A DNA stretch of 64,000 nt. Source: a virus (lineage: Duplodnaviria > Caudoviricetes). The notes under the pieces were generated by a model. It had not been told where the DNA came from and made no database searches. It saw only the letters and a list, made by a program, of their open reading frames with translations. Shown here piece by piece: positions 1 to 9,749 of this stretch (position 1 is its first letter; each line of letters starts with the position of its first letter). The stretch lies in the IMG/VR virus record IMGVR_UViG_3300045996_002560, positions 1,774 to 65,773 of that record. One strand, given 5' to 3'. Made by a program: the position numbers and the translations under genes.

Positions 1-1
1 G

Positions 2-535
2 CGCTTGCTCATCCACCTCGAGGACCACCAGCGGAACAACAAACCGCTGGTGGTGTTCGCCTCGCTGGTCCCGGAACAGGAACGGATCAAGACGCTGATT
101 GAGCGGACGACATCCAAGCCATGCGGTCTCCTGAACGGGGCCGCGTCGAGCACGGAGCGCAACCGGATCGACACGGAGTTCCGTGCTGGACGGTTGCAGT
201 ACATGGTGGTGTCGCCCGCGACCGCCTCTGTCGGTTACAACTGGCAGATGTGGGGCACCACCGAGGTCGACCACATTATGTTCGCTAGCCTGGACTACAT
301 GGACAGCTCCCTGGTCCAGGCTTACCGGCGCATGATACGAGGCGTCCGGAAAACACCGTTACGTGTCACGATACTCGCGTACGAACGTAGCATTGACCAG
401 AGGATCTTCCATATCGTTGAGGAGAAGAGCAAGCTCGCCGAATCGGTGGACGCCACCAGAGAGACAGTGAGTATAGTGTCACGTAAGTCGGTTGGGAGAC
501 CTGAATTTTCTGGGCCACCCACCATATCATGGTAA
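2..535 (+). CDS. SF2 DNA helicase, C-terminal part (5' truncated by window)
   Basis: Helicase-C motifs: LVVFAS, VVSPATASVGYN, QAYRRMIRG. Confidence 0.85.
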   Translation, partial: RLLIHLEDHQRNNKPLVVFASLVPEQERIKTLIERTTSKPCGLLNGAASSTERNRIDTEFRAGRLQYMVVSPATASVGYNWQMWGTTEVDHIMFASLDYMDSSLVQAYRRMIRGVRKTPLRVTILAYERSIDQRIFHIVEEKSKLAESVDATRETVSIVSRKSVGRPEFSGPPTISW

Positions 536-588
536 CGCCGGCCGGAAATGGTTCCGGTCGGAAACAAAACGAAAACTGGAAACTGAAA

Positions 589-1248
589 ATGACAACTGCA
601 ATTCAAGACGCCATCAATGCCGCCCAGGCACAGGCTGCCATTCATGCGCAGACCCAGCTGGCGGTTGCTCAGCCGGCTGCTGCGCCGGCACTTGTTCCGG
701 CGGCGGGTCCGCTGAGCCTCAATGATCTGATGAGCGGCGGCATCTCCGTCGATCATTGGCTGAAGGTCAAGGAGGATGGTCTGATTATCGGTGACAAGCG
801 CTCCGATAAGCTCGACTCGATCCTCGTCAAGATCGACATGAGCGCCATTCAGGTCGCTTATGCCGTCAAGTACGATCAGGGTAAGGTCTACAAGAAGAGC
901 TACGACGGGCTGACCACCGTGGGTGGTGGCTCGTGGGCCGAGTCGGTCGCCCAGGCGGCTCGGATCTCCGGCAACGCCAACCCGGTCTATCTGACTGCGG
1001 ATATCCCGATGACACTCCTCGAGGACGTCAAGGGCAAGAAGGGTGATGTTCTGGCCGAAGCTGGCCAGACGTTGGGCCATGGTCTCAGCACGACCAACAT
1101 GAAGTTCTTCCGGGACTTCGTGCGTCGGCTGGCCAAGGATGGGCTGGACAAGGCTGAAGTTACTGTCCGGCTCGGGTACCTCGAGCAGACCAACACCAAC
1201 AAGAACGTTTGGGGTGTTGTGACGTTCGAGCTTGTGACTGCTAGCTGA
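589..1248 (+). CDS. Putative ssDNA-binding/replication protein
   Basis: Ala/Gln-rich N-terminus then beta-rich domain; lies in replication cluster; followed by terminator; function inferred from position. Confidence 0.45.
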   Translation: MTTAIQDAINAAQAQAAIHAQTQLAVAQPAAAPALVPAAGPLSLNDLMSGGISVDHWLKVKEDGLIIGDKRSDKLDSILVKIDMSAIQVAYAVKYDQGKVYKKSYDGLTTVGGGSWAESVAQAARISGNANPVYLTADIPMTLLEDVKGKKGDVLAEAGQTLGHGLSTTNMKFFRDFVRRLAKDGLDKAEVTVRLGYLEQTNTNKNVWGVVTFELVTAS

Positions 1249-1278
1249 TCGCTGGCTACGTGTGGGTTATGTAAGCTC

Positions 1279-1309
1279 AGGGGGAGACGGTGTCTCCCCC
1301 TCTTCTTTT
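1279..1309 (+). terminator. Rho-independent terminator
   Basis: AGGGGGAGAC-ggt-GTCTCCCCCT stem followed by CTTCTTTT. Confidence 0.75.
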
Positions 1310-1320
1310 GAAGGGTCATC

Positions 1321-1890
1321 ATGCCTAACGATGTTGCTATGCTGGGTCAGTACGATTATCCGCGTGCTGAGCTGGATTTCTATCCGACTCCGCGCGAGTG
1401 TGTCGATGTTATCTCAGTCGTCGAGGGCGCCAGGGTTTGGGAGCCCGCTTGTGGCGACGGTGCAATCTCACGCGTTCTGGCTGAGAAGGGCGCGAGCGTC
1501 TACTCCTCGGACATCAAGGACTATGGTTATCCAGGGACTGTGGTCCGCAGCTTCTACGATTTCGACCAGTTCCCTGAGGGTACCGATGGGATCATAACGA
1601 ACCCACCGTACGGGGCCGAGGCTGCTCGCTTCATCGAGCACGGCTTGAAGCTGCTGGAGGGTAGCCCCGAGGCAGGCATGTCGCTGCTGCTGCGCAACGA
1701 GTACGACTGTGCCAAGACGCGCGCACACCTGTTTGACCATCCCTTCTTCTGGAGCAAGATCGTGCTCCGCTGGCGTCCCCGTTGGATACCGGACAGCACC
1801 GGTGGACCGAGGCATAACTACGCGTGGTACAACTGGTGCAACACCACGGTCAACTGCCCCCTGCTCGCCTACGAGGATCGCCCCACATGA
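1321..1890 (+). CDS. Amino-(N6A/N4C) DNA methyltransferase
   Basis: DFYPTP, motif I WEPACGDG, motif IV ITNPPY. Confidence 0.85.
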   Translation: MPNDVAMLGQYDYPRAELDFYPTPRECVDVISVVEGARVWEPACGDGAISRVLAEKGASVYSSDIKDYGYPGTVVRSFYDFDQFPEGTDGIITNPPYGAEAARFIEHGLKLLEGSPEAGMSLLLRNEYDCAKTRAHLFDHPFFWSKIVLRWRPRWIPDSTGGPRHNYAWYNWCNTTVNCPLLAYEDRPT

Positions 1891-2627
1891 ACATCAATAT
1901 TATCGACGGCAACAACTACGTCATCCATCTGCTTCAGCGAGACCCCTCGGGGCTCGCTGCTCGCACCATCTTCACTGACGTGATAAACTCTTCCGACTTC
2001 AGCATCTTCGTGTTCGACCCGGTCGACGGGCTCGCGATCCGCCGCGCCCTCTACCCGGGCTACAAGGTCGGGCGCATCCCACCCACGGACAACGTGGTCG
2101 CCACGTTCGATCTGGTGAAGGAGCTGCTGGGCTACACCAACGCTGTCCAGGTTTGCGTGCCGGGCTATGAGGCTGACGACACCATCGCCACCTTGGTGCG
2201 CACGCAGGTGCCCCAGGCGCGGGTGGTCAGCACCGATCGGGACTTCTGGCAGCTCGGCGTGCCGGTGATTGGGGCTAACCCCCTGGTCGGTGTCGAGGCC
2301 CACTACGTCAGGCTCTACAAGGCTGTGGTCGGTGACCGCTCCGACCGCATCCCTGGGGTCCGCCTGTTCGGCGACAAGGCGTGGGAGCAATGCGACAAGG
2401 CACAGCTCTACAAGCTGGTTGCGGAAGGCGAGGAGGTGGAGCGTGAGACTCTGGGCCTGAGTGAGAAGATGTTAAACCTGCTGTACGATAACCTAGAGCA
2501 GGTGCGGACATTCTACGAGATCGTCGGGTTCTACGACGTCCCCGCCGAGCTTATCAGCAAGCATACGCGTGTTGGCAAGACCGACGTGGCACGTGGTGAT
2601 GCTCGCCTACGGGAGTTTATGCTGTGA
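1887..2627 (+). CDS. 5'-3' exonuclease / flap endonuclease
   Basis: IIDGNN, YEADDTIA, STDRD, GDRSDRIPGV..FGDK motifs; ATGA overlap with the upstream gene. Confidence 0.9.
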   Translation: MNINIIDGNNYVIHLLQRDPSGLAARTIFTDVINSSDFSIFVFDPVDGLAIRRALYPGYKVGRIPPTDNVVATFDLVKELLGYTNAVQVCVPGYEADDTIATLVRTQVPQARVVSTDRDFWQLGVPVIGANPLVGVEAHYVRLYKAVVGDRSDRIPGVRLFGDKAWEQCDKAQLYKLVAEGEEVERETLGLSEKMLNLLYDNLEQVRTFYEIVGFYDVPAELISKHTRVGKTDVARGDARLREFML

Positions 2628-2818
2628 GAGAAGACATTTTTTGGACACTTGTGGCCGGCGGCGTCTCAGGGTTGTCCGTGCTGGTGTTCTGGTTAGTAGC
2701 GAGCCTTACGTCGCCAACAACGGCGGTCAATCTTCTTTTTCTTGCGCCGCTCGGTGTTTGTCTCATGTACGTTTTCGGCAAACTGCTGTGCATAATTCTC
2801 ACGGGGACGGATCGATGA
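2624..2818 (+). CDS. Small membrane protein
   Basis: Two hydrophobic segments; overlaps both neighbours by 4 nt. Confidence 0.6.
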   Translation: MREDIFWTLVAGGVSGLSVLVFWLVASLTSPTTAVNLLFLAPLGVCLMYVFGKLLCIILTGTDR

Positions 2819-3021
2819 ACTTCCTTCTGTGGACACTCCTCGGCTTCGCCGCCTGGAGCGGATTGATTGGTGTTGTTTACCTGCTCGTTAAGGTTTTTCC
2901 CGTCTGGGTCATGTACGGAACCCTCGGCTTTCTATCAAGCGCCATGGTCGGCAACGTGCTCCGAATGGAATACCAGTACATGAAGCGTCGGAGGCAGCTG
3001 AATGCAACCCGTCCTCGTTGA
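2815..3021 (+). CDS. Small membrane protein
   Basis: MNFLLWTLL..., two TM segments, basic C-terminus. Confidence 0.6.
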   Translation: MNFLLWTLLGFAAWSGLIGVVYLLVKVFPVWVMYGTLGFLSSAMVGNVLRMEYQYMKRRRQLNATRPR

Positions 3022-5596
3022 CCGCCGCAATTTCGCCACCCTCTATGACCAGATCCATGCTGAGATATCCACAGCGAAGATCGTCGGCATCGACTGCGAG
3101 ACGCAGGACAGCGCTCGTCATGCTGGGCTGGCGCAGTACAATACTGCCGTCCGCTTGGTGTTTGATCAGCGCCGTCAGGTCATGACGGGGCTGTCCATCT
3201 ACGCCGACAACTCCGACAACGCCTACTACTTCAACCTCAACCACGCCGACGTCGAGAACCGACTGGCTTGGGACAGCGTCAAGGCGCTGCTCAATGCGAA
3301 GACGGAGAGCTGCGTCTGGGTCGCGCACAACGCGCCCTTCGAGTTGACCGTCTTCAAGAACGTCTACGACTACGATCTCGCCCCGATCATCTGTACGCTC
3401 CAGATGGCGGTCTCTGCCTACTCGCCCGACGAGTACGACGCGAACGACTTCGTCAGGCACGGGCTCGGTGGGTTCAGGGCGATCGTGAATGACTTGTTCA
3501 TCGCCGGCTCGAACTACGAGGGCGACCGGAATGAGATGACACCCCTTCAGCAGGACGTGTTCAACCGGATCACGGCCAAGGCGAGCGAAGCCAGGTTCAG
3601 CTACAACGGGTTCGTCCGCGATGTGTGTTATGGGTACGGTCTCAAGAAGGCGGTGAAGTCCTGGTTCGGCCACGACATGACCACCTACGAGGAGGTGCTC
3701 GGCAAGCGGGCGCACATGGGTGAGCTGACCGGACAGGAGGTCGTCGCTTACGGTGCCGACGACGCCTACTGGTGCGTGCGCCTCTACCACGAGCTGCTCG
3801 CCTTCATGATGAAGACGAACCCGCAGGTGGTGACGACGTTCTTCGAGCAGGAGAACCCCATGGTCCACGTCTTCAGCGACGTGTGGCGCATGGGCATGAA
3901 GGTCAACATCGCGGCGATCAAGGAGCGCCAGGGTCTCGAGCGTGCAAGCTACGTGAAGACGCTGCGTCGGCTGAAGGCTGCGGTGCGCACCCTCTTGCCG
4001 TTCCGGAAGGCACCGCACATCGATCTCGCCTTCCGGGACCCGTGGTACGCCAAGGGCTGTCAGGTCTACCGCGACAAGGTTGTCGCCTGGGTTAACAGCC
4101 CGGACGCGATCGATGATTTCGCTGAGATCATGAAAGTCCGCGGTGCCGTCAGCAACGCCTGGGCGCTCGATCGAGGCGTCCTGGAGTCCTCCGGCGTGAA
4201 CCTGTCGCACTACATGCCGATGCGGGTCCTGCTCTACGACCTGTTGGGCTCCGAGCTGATCCTCAGCGACGGCAAGACCAGCTCGGATGGTGAGGCTCGG
4301 GGTAGGCTGAAGGAGCAGCACACGGACCCGACCAAGCTCGCCGTGCTCGACTGCCTCACCGAGCTGGCGAACATCGAGACCAAGATGAAGCTGTTCATCA
4401 CCCCGTACCTCCAGCTCACCGACCCCGAGACGAGCACGATGTACCCGGTGCTGACCAGCAAGCTGGCCTCGCGGCGCATGGCGACGAGCGCACCCAACGG
4501 TATGCAGCTGACCAAGAAGGGCGACGGGGTCTACATCCGTGGCTTCTACCTACCCGACAATGACGAGCACCTCATCGTGTCGGTGGACTGGTCAGGCATC
4601 GAGCTGGTGGAGATCGGGGAATTCTCCGGTGACCCCGGATTTACGGAGGCATTCGGCGAATTACCCCACAAAGATCTGCACAGCAAAGCCGCAGCGTCGC
4701 TGCTGCGGGTCGAGCTGGGCCGTGACGTTTCCGTCGAGGACTTCAAGCGTCTCCCCCGGATGACGGAGGAGGAGGCCATGGACGTGTTTGGACCGAAGGT
4801 CCTCACCTCCACGAAGGGTACGCAGATGACCCCGGCCGAAGCCTACAAGTTTCACCGCGGCAACGATGGTGGCAAGGGCGCCAACTTCAACTACTGGTAC
4901 AGCGGTGCTTTCTCCACCATCGCCGAGAAGCGCGGGTGGACATCTGACCAGATGTGGAAAGCCGTCGAAGCCTACCGCGAGGAATTCCCGGTGGCGGAGA
5001 AGTGGCGGACGGACACGATCCAACAGGCGGTTAAGCTGGGTTACGTCCAGCTCCCTGATGGTCATCGTCGCAGCCGGTATGAGGCCACCGAAGCTTGGCA
5101 CAACATTTTCCTCAAGAAGTTTGAGCACATGAAGATTGACCGCTTCATGTCCGAGATCGCCCGGTCCATTCAGTCTCGGGCGAAGAACCAGGCGGTCAAC
5201 TCCCTCATTCAGGGGAGCTGCGCCACCATTGCGAAGAGGTCGATCCTTCGCATACGAGAGGCCACGAAGGGCATGGACATGAGGTTCCTCCTGCCCATTC
5301 ACGACGAGTTGGTTTTCAGTGTGCATCATTCGATTGTTCCGGAAGCGATTAACTTGATCCGTGGGATCATGTGTGACCACCCCACGATCATCAAGAATTT
5401 GAAGATGGACGCAAGCCCAAGTGTGGGCCGAACCTTTCAACCTTGGTCACCAACCTGCCCCTACGGTCAGGTCGAATTGTACGAGGCTCCCCCGATACTA
5501 GGCTTCAAACCGGGGAGCCGTCTGGACGACGACGGCGTTCGTGCCGTAGTAGAGTATCTCCGCAACCCAACCCTGAGGACTACCCATGCTGCTTAA
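3002..5596 (+). CDS. polA: Family A DNA polymerase with 3'-5' exonuclease
   Basis: GIDCET (ExoI), AHNAPFE (ExoII), YGADDA (ExoIII), motif A VDWSGIEL, motif B KGANFNYWYS, motif C IHDEL. Confidence 0.95.
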   Translation: MQPVLVDRRNFATLYDQIHAEISTAKIVGIDCETQDSARHAGLAQYNTAVRLVFDQRRQVMTGLSIYADNSDNAYYFNLNHADVENRLAWDSVKALLNAKTESCVWVAHNAPFELTVFKNVYDYDLAPIICTLQMAVSAYSPDEYDANDFVRHGLGGFRAIVNDLFIAGSNYEGDRNEMTPLQQDVFNRITAKASEARFSYNGFVRDVCYGYGLKKAVKSWFGHDMTTYEEVLGKRAHMGELTGQEVVAYGADDAYWCVRLYHELLAFMMKTNPQVVTTFFEQENPMVHVFSDVWRMGMKVNIAAIKERQGLERASYVKTLRRLKAAVRTLLPFRKAPHIDLAFRDPWYAKGCQVYRDKVVAWVNSPDAIDDFAEIMKVRGAVSNAWALDRGVLESSGVNLSHYMPMRVLLYDLLGSELILSDGKTSSDGEARGRLKEQHTDPTKLAVLDCLTELANIETKMKLFITPYLQLTDPETSTMYPVLTSKLASRRMATSAPNGMQLTKKGDGVYIRGFYLPDNDEHLIVSVDWSGIELVEIGEFSGDPGFTEAFGELPHKDLHSKAAASLLRVELGRDVSVEDFKRLPRMTEEEAMDVFGPKVLTSTKGTQMTPAEAYKFHRGNDGGKGANFNYWYSGAFSTIAEKRGWTSDQMWKAVEAYREEFPVAEKWRTDTIQQAVKLGYVQLPDGHRRSRYEATEAWHNIFLKKFEHMKIDRFMSEIARSIQSRAKNQAVNSLIQGSCATIAKRSILRIREATKGMDMRFLLPIHDELVFSVHHSIVPEAINLIRGIMCDHPTIIKNLKMDASPSVGRTFQPWSPTCPYGQVELYEAPPILGFKPGSRLDDDGVRAVVEYLRNPTLRTTHAA

Positions 5597-5984
5597 GAAC
5601 GCTATCATCATTCTCGATAACGACGACGGTGTTATCACTCTCGAGGAGAATGATTCGGTCGATAACGTGCTCGTTTACGAGCGCAACGATCTGCCCGACT
5701 ATGTCAGTGACATGCTCGCGGTCATTGCCGGCCCGGACGCTTTCGCCGACAACGATGATCCGTTCGATCTGAGCGACTACTCGGACGACGAGGACGCGTA
5801 CCTGGACGACGACTACGACCTGGACGATTCCTATCTCGACGAGGATGACGACCGCGAGCCTGTGGATGTGAAGTTCTACAAGGACAGCGGTCGGATCTCT
5901 CGCGAAATCTACGAGGATCATGAAGTAAAGTATCACTATCTAAAAGATGGCACCTTGTCGAGGGCCGTCATCACCTCGTACTAA
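5586..5984 (+). CDS. Highly acidic hypothetical protein
   Basis: Long Asp/Glu-rich central tract; overlaps end of polA. Confidence 0.7.
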   Translation: MLLKNAIIILDNDDGVITLEENDSVDNVLVYERNDLPDYVSDMLAVIAGPDAFADNDDPFDLSDYSDDEDAYLDDDYDLDDSYLDEDDDREPVDVKFYKDSGRISREIYEDHEVKYHYLKDGTLSRAVITSY

Positions 5985-6010
5985 GGGGGTTAAGCACCAC
6001 ATAAAGGTGC

Positions 6011-6442
6011 ATGGCAAGGAACTCTGGTAAACTCTCTGAGGCTCATTTCGAAGCCCGCTTCGCCAAGATGGGGAAGCGGGCTTCGGTATTCAGGCTAGTG
6101 GATGCGTCCGATATTTTCGGTCGCAGTAAGAACAAGGAATATCTCGCCGTACCTTCGCAGCCCGCTGACTATCTGGTGGTCTGCAACGGCGCCACCTTCT
6201 TCGCAGAAGTCAAAAGCACCCAGGATAAAACGGCCTTTCGGTTCTCGATGATCGGCCAGGGTCAATGGATAGCCGCGGTGAAGTCGCTCGCGGCAGGTGG
6301 TGACTACCTGTTCTTCGTCCACAACCTCCTCACGAACCAGTGGTACCGCATCCCAGCGTCCTACGTCAAGTTGACCAAGGACGCTGGGATGAACTCCTTG
6401 CCATGGAGTGAACTGAAACCCTTTATGTGGAGTGACTGCTAA
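6011..6442 (+). CDS. RecU-like Holliday junction resolvase (PD-(D/E)xK)
   Basis: GKLSE, PADY...FFAEVKST...Q motifs. Confidence 0.75.
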   Translation: MARNSGKLSEAHFEARFAKMGKRASVFRLVDASDIFGRSKNKEYLAVPSQPADYLVVCNGATFFAEVKSTQDKTAFRFSMIGQGQWIAAVKSLAAGGDYLFFVHNLLTNQWYRIPASYVKLTKDAGMNSLPWSELKPFMWSDC

Positions 6443-6993
6443 TGTTCGACGTAATGGTTGATCTGGAAACGACTGGGCTACGCCCGGACCGAACGGCGAT
6501 CCTTCAGATCGCGGCAGTTAAGTTCGATTATGAGCGGGAGACAATCGACCACGGGTTCTTCGTGCGCTCGCTGCGTGTTCCTCCACACCGTCACTGGGAC
6601 GAATCCACCCGCGACTGGTGGGGCAAGCGCTCTACCACCTACCGAGAGATCGTCGCACGAGCAGAGAACCCTTCTGAGGTCATGCAAGACTTCGCAGACT
6701 GGGCTGGGTACAACCACCCCCAGACTCTGCGGTTCTGGGCGAAGCCGATCAGCTTTGATCATGCCTTCGTCGAGTCCTACTTCAACGACTACGGTATCCA
6801 CTCACCTTTCGATTACCGGCACACGGTAGACATGAAATCGTGGATGAGCGGGATGCTGCACGGCTGGACACGCAATCAGATCAACGACGAGCTTAAGAAA
6901 CTTCCCTTTGAAGGCGTCGAGCATAACGCACTGTACGATGTACTCCATCAGATCAAAGAGGTATTTCACGTGAAGGCTCTCAAAAATGCGTAA
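6442..6993 (+). CDS. DEDDh 3'-5' exonuclease
   Basis: VMVDLETTG, SFD, HNALYDV. Confidence 0.9.
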   Translation: MFDVMVDLETTGLRPDRTAILQIAAVKFDYERETIDHGFFVRSLRVPPHRHWDESTRDWWGKRSTTYREIVARAENPSEVMQDFADWAGYNHPQTLRFWAKPISFDHAFVESYFNDYGIHSPFDYRHTVDMKSWMSGMLHGWTRNQINDELKKLPFEGVEHNALYDVLHQIKEVFHVKALKNA

Positions 6994-7510
6994 CCTTACC
7001 TTTGTCTGGACCGTCTTGGTCAACCTGACCGGGGCGGCGCTGGTCCTGATGTTCTATCTCCAGGGCTGGCTTGTCCCAATCTACGCGACCGACACCACCT
7101 ATGTCACCTACGCCATGTCAGTGCTGTTCCTAACGGCGGTTGGGCTCTGTCTGCATTCCGCATGGTGCCTAACCCGCAGTGCACCCCCCACTGGTCGGAG
7201 CTTCGAGTTCCTCACCAAGTTCTACGAGGACGCCCTCTCCGCTCCCACCCAGCTGAAGGATGCTATCCCTCTGCTGGGCTTGATCGGTACCATCGCGGGC
7301 TTCGCCCTGGCTCTGGCTCAGGTCGATCCCAGTGTTCTCGCGAAAGGTCAGAGCGAGATGGTCATCTCCATGTTCGCTCTCATCCAGGACATGGGGGTCT
7401 CCCTGATCAAGACGGCGCTCGGGGCACTCCTCGGCGGCTGGGTCTGGATAAACCTGTTCATCCTGGAGCGGCGTACCTTCTCCCTCACCGCGGAAAATGC
7501 GGATGTTTAA
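6986..7510 (+). CDS. MotA/TolQ/ExbB proton-channel family membrane protein
   Basis: Four TM segments; PLLGLIGTIAG and GVSLIKTALG resemble the family TM signatures. Confidence 0.7.
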   Translation: MRNLTFVWTVLVNLTGAALVLMFYLQGWLVPIYATDTTYVTYAMSVLFLTAVGLCLHSAWCLTRSAPPTGRSFEFLTKFYEDALSAPTQLKDAIPLLGLIGTIAGFALALAQVDPSVLAKGQSEMVISMFALIQDMGVSLIKTALGALLGGWVWINLFILERRTFSLTAENADV

Positions 7511-8111
7511 GAACCGTCTCGTGGCCCTCGTCTTTCAGGATGTTCTCACCCTGGTGATGGTGGCTTTCGCTGTGGTGGCGCTATGTGCCATCATGCTGAT
7601 CAACGTTGCACGTTCCACCAACTCTGCAGCTGCGGCAGCAAAGCCCACTGGCACGATGATAATAGACGCCATCTGGGATAAAGAACTCAACGCGGATGTC
7701 GATCTCTGGGTGAAAGCCCCAGGCGACATCCCGGTCGGCTACTCCAACAAGGGTGGGTTGATCTTCAACCTGCTCCGTGACGATCTCGGGCATTACATGG
7801 ATGTGTCCTCAACCAACATGGAAACGGCAATTGCCCGAGGGCTCCCTACTGGAGAATACATTGTCAATCTCCAATTCTACCGAAACCGTTCTGCCCGATC
7901 CGATATGCCAGTCAAGGTGGTGATTACGCAGACACTGCCTAACACGCCGCCCAAACAGATCCTTGTGACGGATGCAGTGCTTCCCTTGGAAGGTAAGGAG
8001 ATCACCGCCATGAGGTTCCAACTGGACGACAATGGCAAGGTCGTCCCGGGCAGTGTCGACTCCCTCTACATTCCCCTTCGGGCTGCAGACAGCAAAGGTG
8101 CCGCACCGTGA
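7497..8111 (+). CDS. Single-TM protein with YfaP-like periplasmic domain (ExbD/MotB-like partner)
   Basis: FQD then TM helix; DVDLWVKAPGD...LLRDDLG...NMETAI...GEYIVNL. Confidence 0.6.
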   Translation: MRMFKNRLVALVFQDVLTLVMVAFAVVALCAIMLINVARSTNSAAAAAKPTGTMIIDAIWDKELNADVDLWVKAPGDIPVGYSNKGGLIFNLLRDDLGHYMDVSSTNMETAIARGLPTGEYIVNLQFYRNRSARSDMPVKVVITQTLPNTPPKQILVTDAVLPLEGKEITAMRFQLDDNGKVVPGSVDSLYIPLRAADSKGAAP

Positions 8112-8623
8112 TCATCATCCCTCCCTTCTATCTGGTCGCACTGGCCATCAGCCTCATCACGGTGGCGGTCGGTATTTGGGGAACCCGGCGGAACTGGAAG
8201 CTTGTCGGGGTCTTTCTCGTCCTCTACGCCGGGTCTATCAGCGTTTCCTATTTCGCTTTCGCCGACATCCTCGGGAAGGCAAAGCCGATAAGCCTGGAAT
8301 ACTGGGTTTCCTCCGCCGACGAAGCGACCGTTCAGGGGGCCGTGATCCGTGAAGGTGTCGGCATCTTCATCTACATCGAGGTCCCTGGCGTGCCGGAGCC
8401 CCTGAGCTACAAGCTGCCCTGGCGCCGAGATTTCGGTCAACAGCTCCAGGACGCCCTGGCGCAGGCCCAAAAGAACGGAACCGGCGTCAAGATGCGACTG
8501 CCGTTCGAGCCTACCTGGGATGGTCGCGAAACCAAGTTCTACGCGATGCCCCAACCGAGGAGGCCCCAGAAGGTTCAGCCTGAAGGGGAGGAGCCGCCTC
8601 AGCGAGTGGAGAGAAGCGCATGA
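8108..8623 (+). CDS. Two-TM membrane protein with soluble C-terminal domain
   Basis: Two N-terminal TM segments; GTGA overlap with upstream gene. Confidence 0.65.
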   Translation: MIIIPPFYLVALAISLITVAVGIWGTRRNWKLVGVFLVLYAGSISVSYFAFADILGKAKPISLEYWVSSADEATVQGAVIREGVGIFIYIEVPGVPEPLSYKLPWRRDFGQQLQDALAQAQKNGTGVKMRLPFEPTWDGRETKFYAMPQPRRPQKVQPEGEEPPQRVERSA

Positions 8624-9543
8624 ACCATAGAACCAAGCTGCTGGGCGACCCACACTTGGGTCGCCGTTTCCTTTCGGGAGTACCCGTTCACCGCAGAGGT
8701 GAACGGGAAGATATGGTTTGGAACGCCTTCAAGCAGAGCTTCGAGGGTGACTACGACATCCACATTTGCATGGGGGACTTGTTCGACAAGCCGTACGTGT
8801 CATATGACCTGATTGTTCAGGTCGCAAACTTTTACATGGAGACATCCTACAAACGGCGAAGTTCTGAGTTCGTTGTGCTCAAAGGCAACCACGACTGGAC
8901 TCGTGACTTGACCAAGATCAGTGCGTTCGATCTGTTCGCTCGACTTACCCAGACGAAGGTGCTGTGTCTCGATAAACCAATGGTCGCCTCCGGCTGGCCT
9001 CAGCTGAGCGGTCAATCTGTCGCCTTCTGTCCTTACGATCCGGTTAAGCCGGCGGCGGAAATCATCGCCGGTCTCCCTGAGGTCGAGGTCTATTTCGGTC
9101 ATTGGGACGTGGATCGGCGCAGCCCGCCACACAACCTGGTTCCCTACGAGCTGCTCGAGGGCAAGACGGTCTACACCGGTCACGATCACATCGCTCGCGT
9201 CGAGAACGGCGTCAACGTGGTGGGTTCCTTGCAGCCCTACAGCCACGGTGAGGACCCCAATGAGACCCTGTATGTCACCCGCCCACTGTCTTACGTGAGA
9301 GAGAATGCTGACGAGTTCACCAACAAGTGCCTTCGCGTTGATCTCGCGCCGGGCGAAGCCCTCGACTTCCCCGTCGACTGCCTCCAGCTCAGTGTCCGAC
9401 GTGTCGGGACCGATGGAAGAGTCGATGACGATATCTCCGTCGAGAGCGATTTCGATCTCGACCGCCTCTTCAATGAGGCGTTGGAAGGCAGCAGCGTTGC
9501 CGCTCTTGTCCGTGATAAATTCAATGAGCTGAGGAGTTCGTGA
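8620..9543 (+). CDS. SbcD/Mre11-like metallophosphoesterase nuclease
   Basis: GDPHLG, MGDLFD, GNHD, GHDH; near an SbcC-like ATPase. Confidence 0.8.
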   Translation: MNHRTKLLGDPHLGRRFLSGVPVHRRGEREDMVWNAFKQSFEGDYDIHICMGDLFDKPYVSYDLIVQVANFYMETSYKRRSSEFVVLKGNHDWTRDLTKISAFDLFARLTQTKVLCLDKPMVASGWPQLSGQSVAFCPYDPVKPAAEIIAGLPEVEVYFGHWDVDRRSPPHNLVPYELLEGKTVYTGHDHIARVENGVNVVGSLQPYSHGEDPNETLYVTRPLSYVRENADEFTNKCLRVDLAPGEALDFPVDCLQLSVRRVGTDGRVDDDISVESDFDLDRLFNEALEGSSVAALVRDKFNELRSS

Positions 9544-9749
9544 TGTTCCGCAACGTAATCCTATTCCTGGCCATATCAGCCATGCACATCGGGTTCTTGC
9601 TCAGCGCTGTGCTCTTCATCGGCGGCGTCGTCACCCACTTCAGCACGCTTGTCCCGGTGGTGCTGTTTGGATTGATGGCGTGGATTATGTGGGTTCAGCT
9701 TTACTCGATGGTTTACGTACACTTTTTCCCGAGGAAGGATGACCAGTGA
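9540..9749 (+). CDS. Small membrane protein
   Basis: Two hydrophobic segments; coupled to neighbours. Confidence 0.6.
   Translation: MMFRNVILFLAISAMHIGFLLSAVLFIGGVVTHFSTLVPVVLFGLMAWIMWVQLYSMVYVHFFPRKDDQ

Noticed and set aside
6986-8623. Zorya defence system
   Set aside because: No long ZorA tail, no OmpA-like domain in the partner, and no ZorC/D/E.
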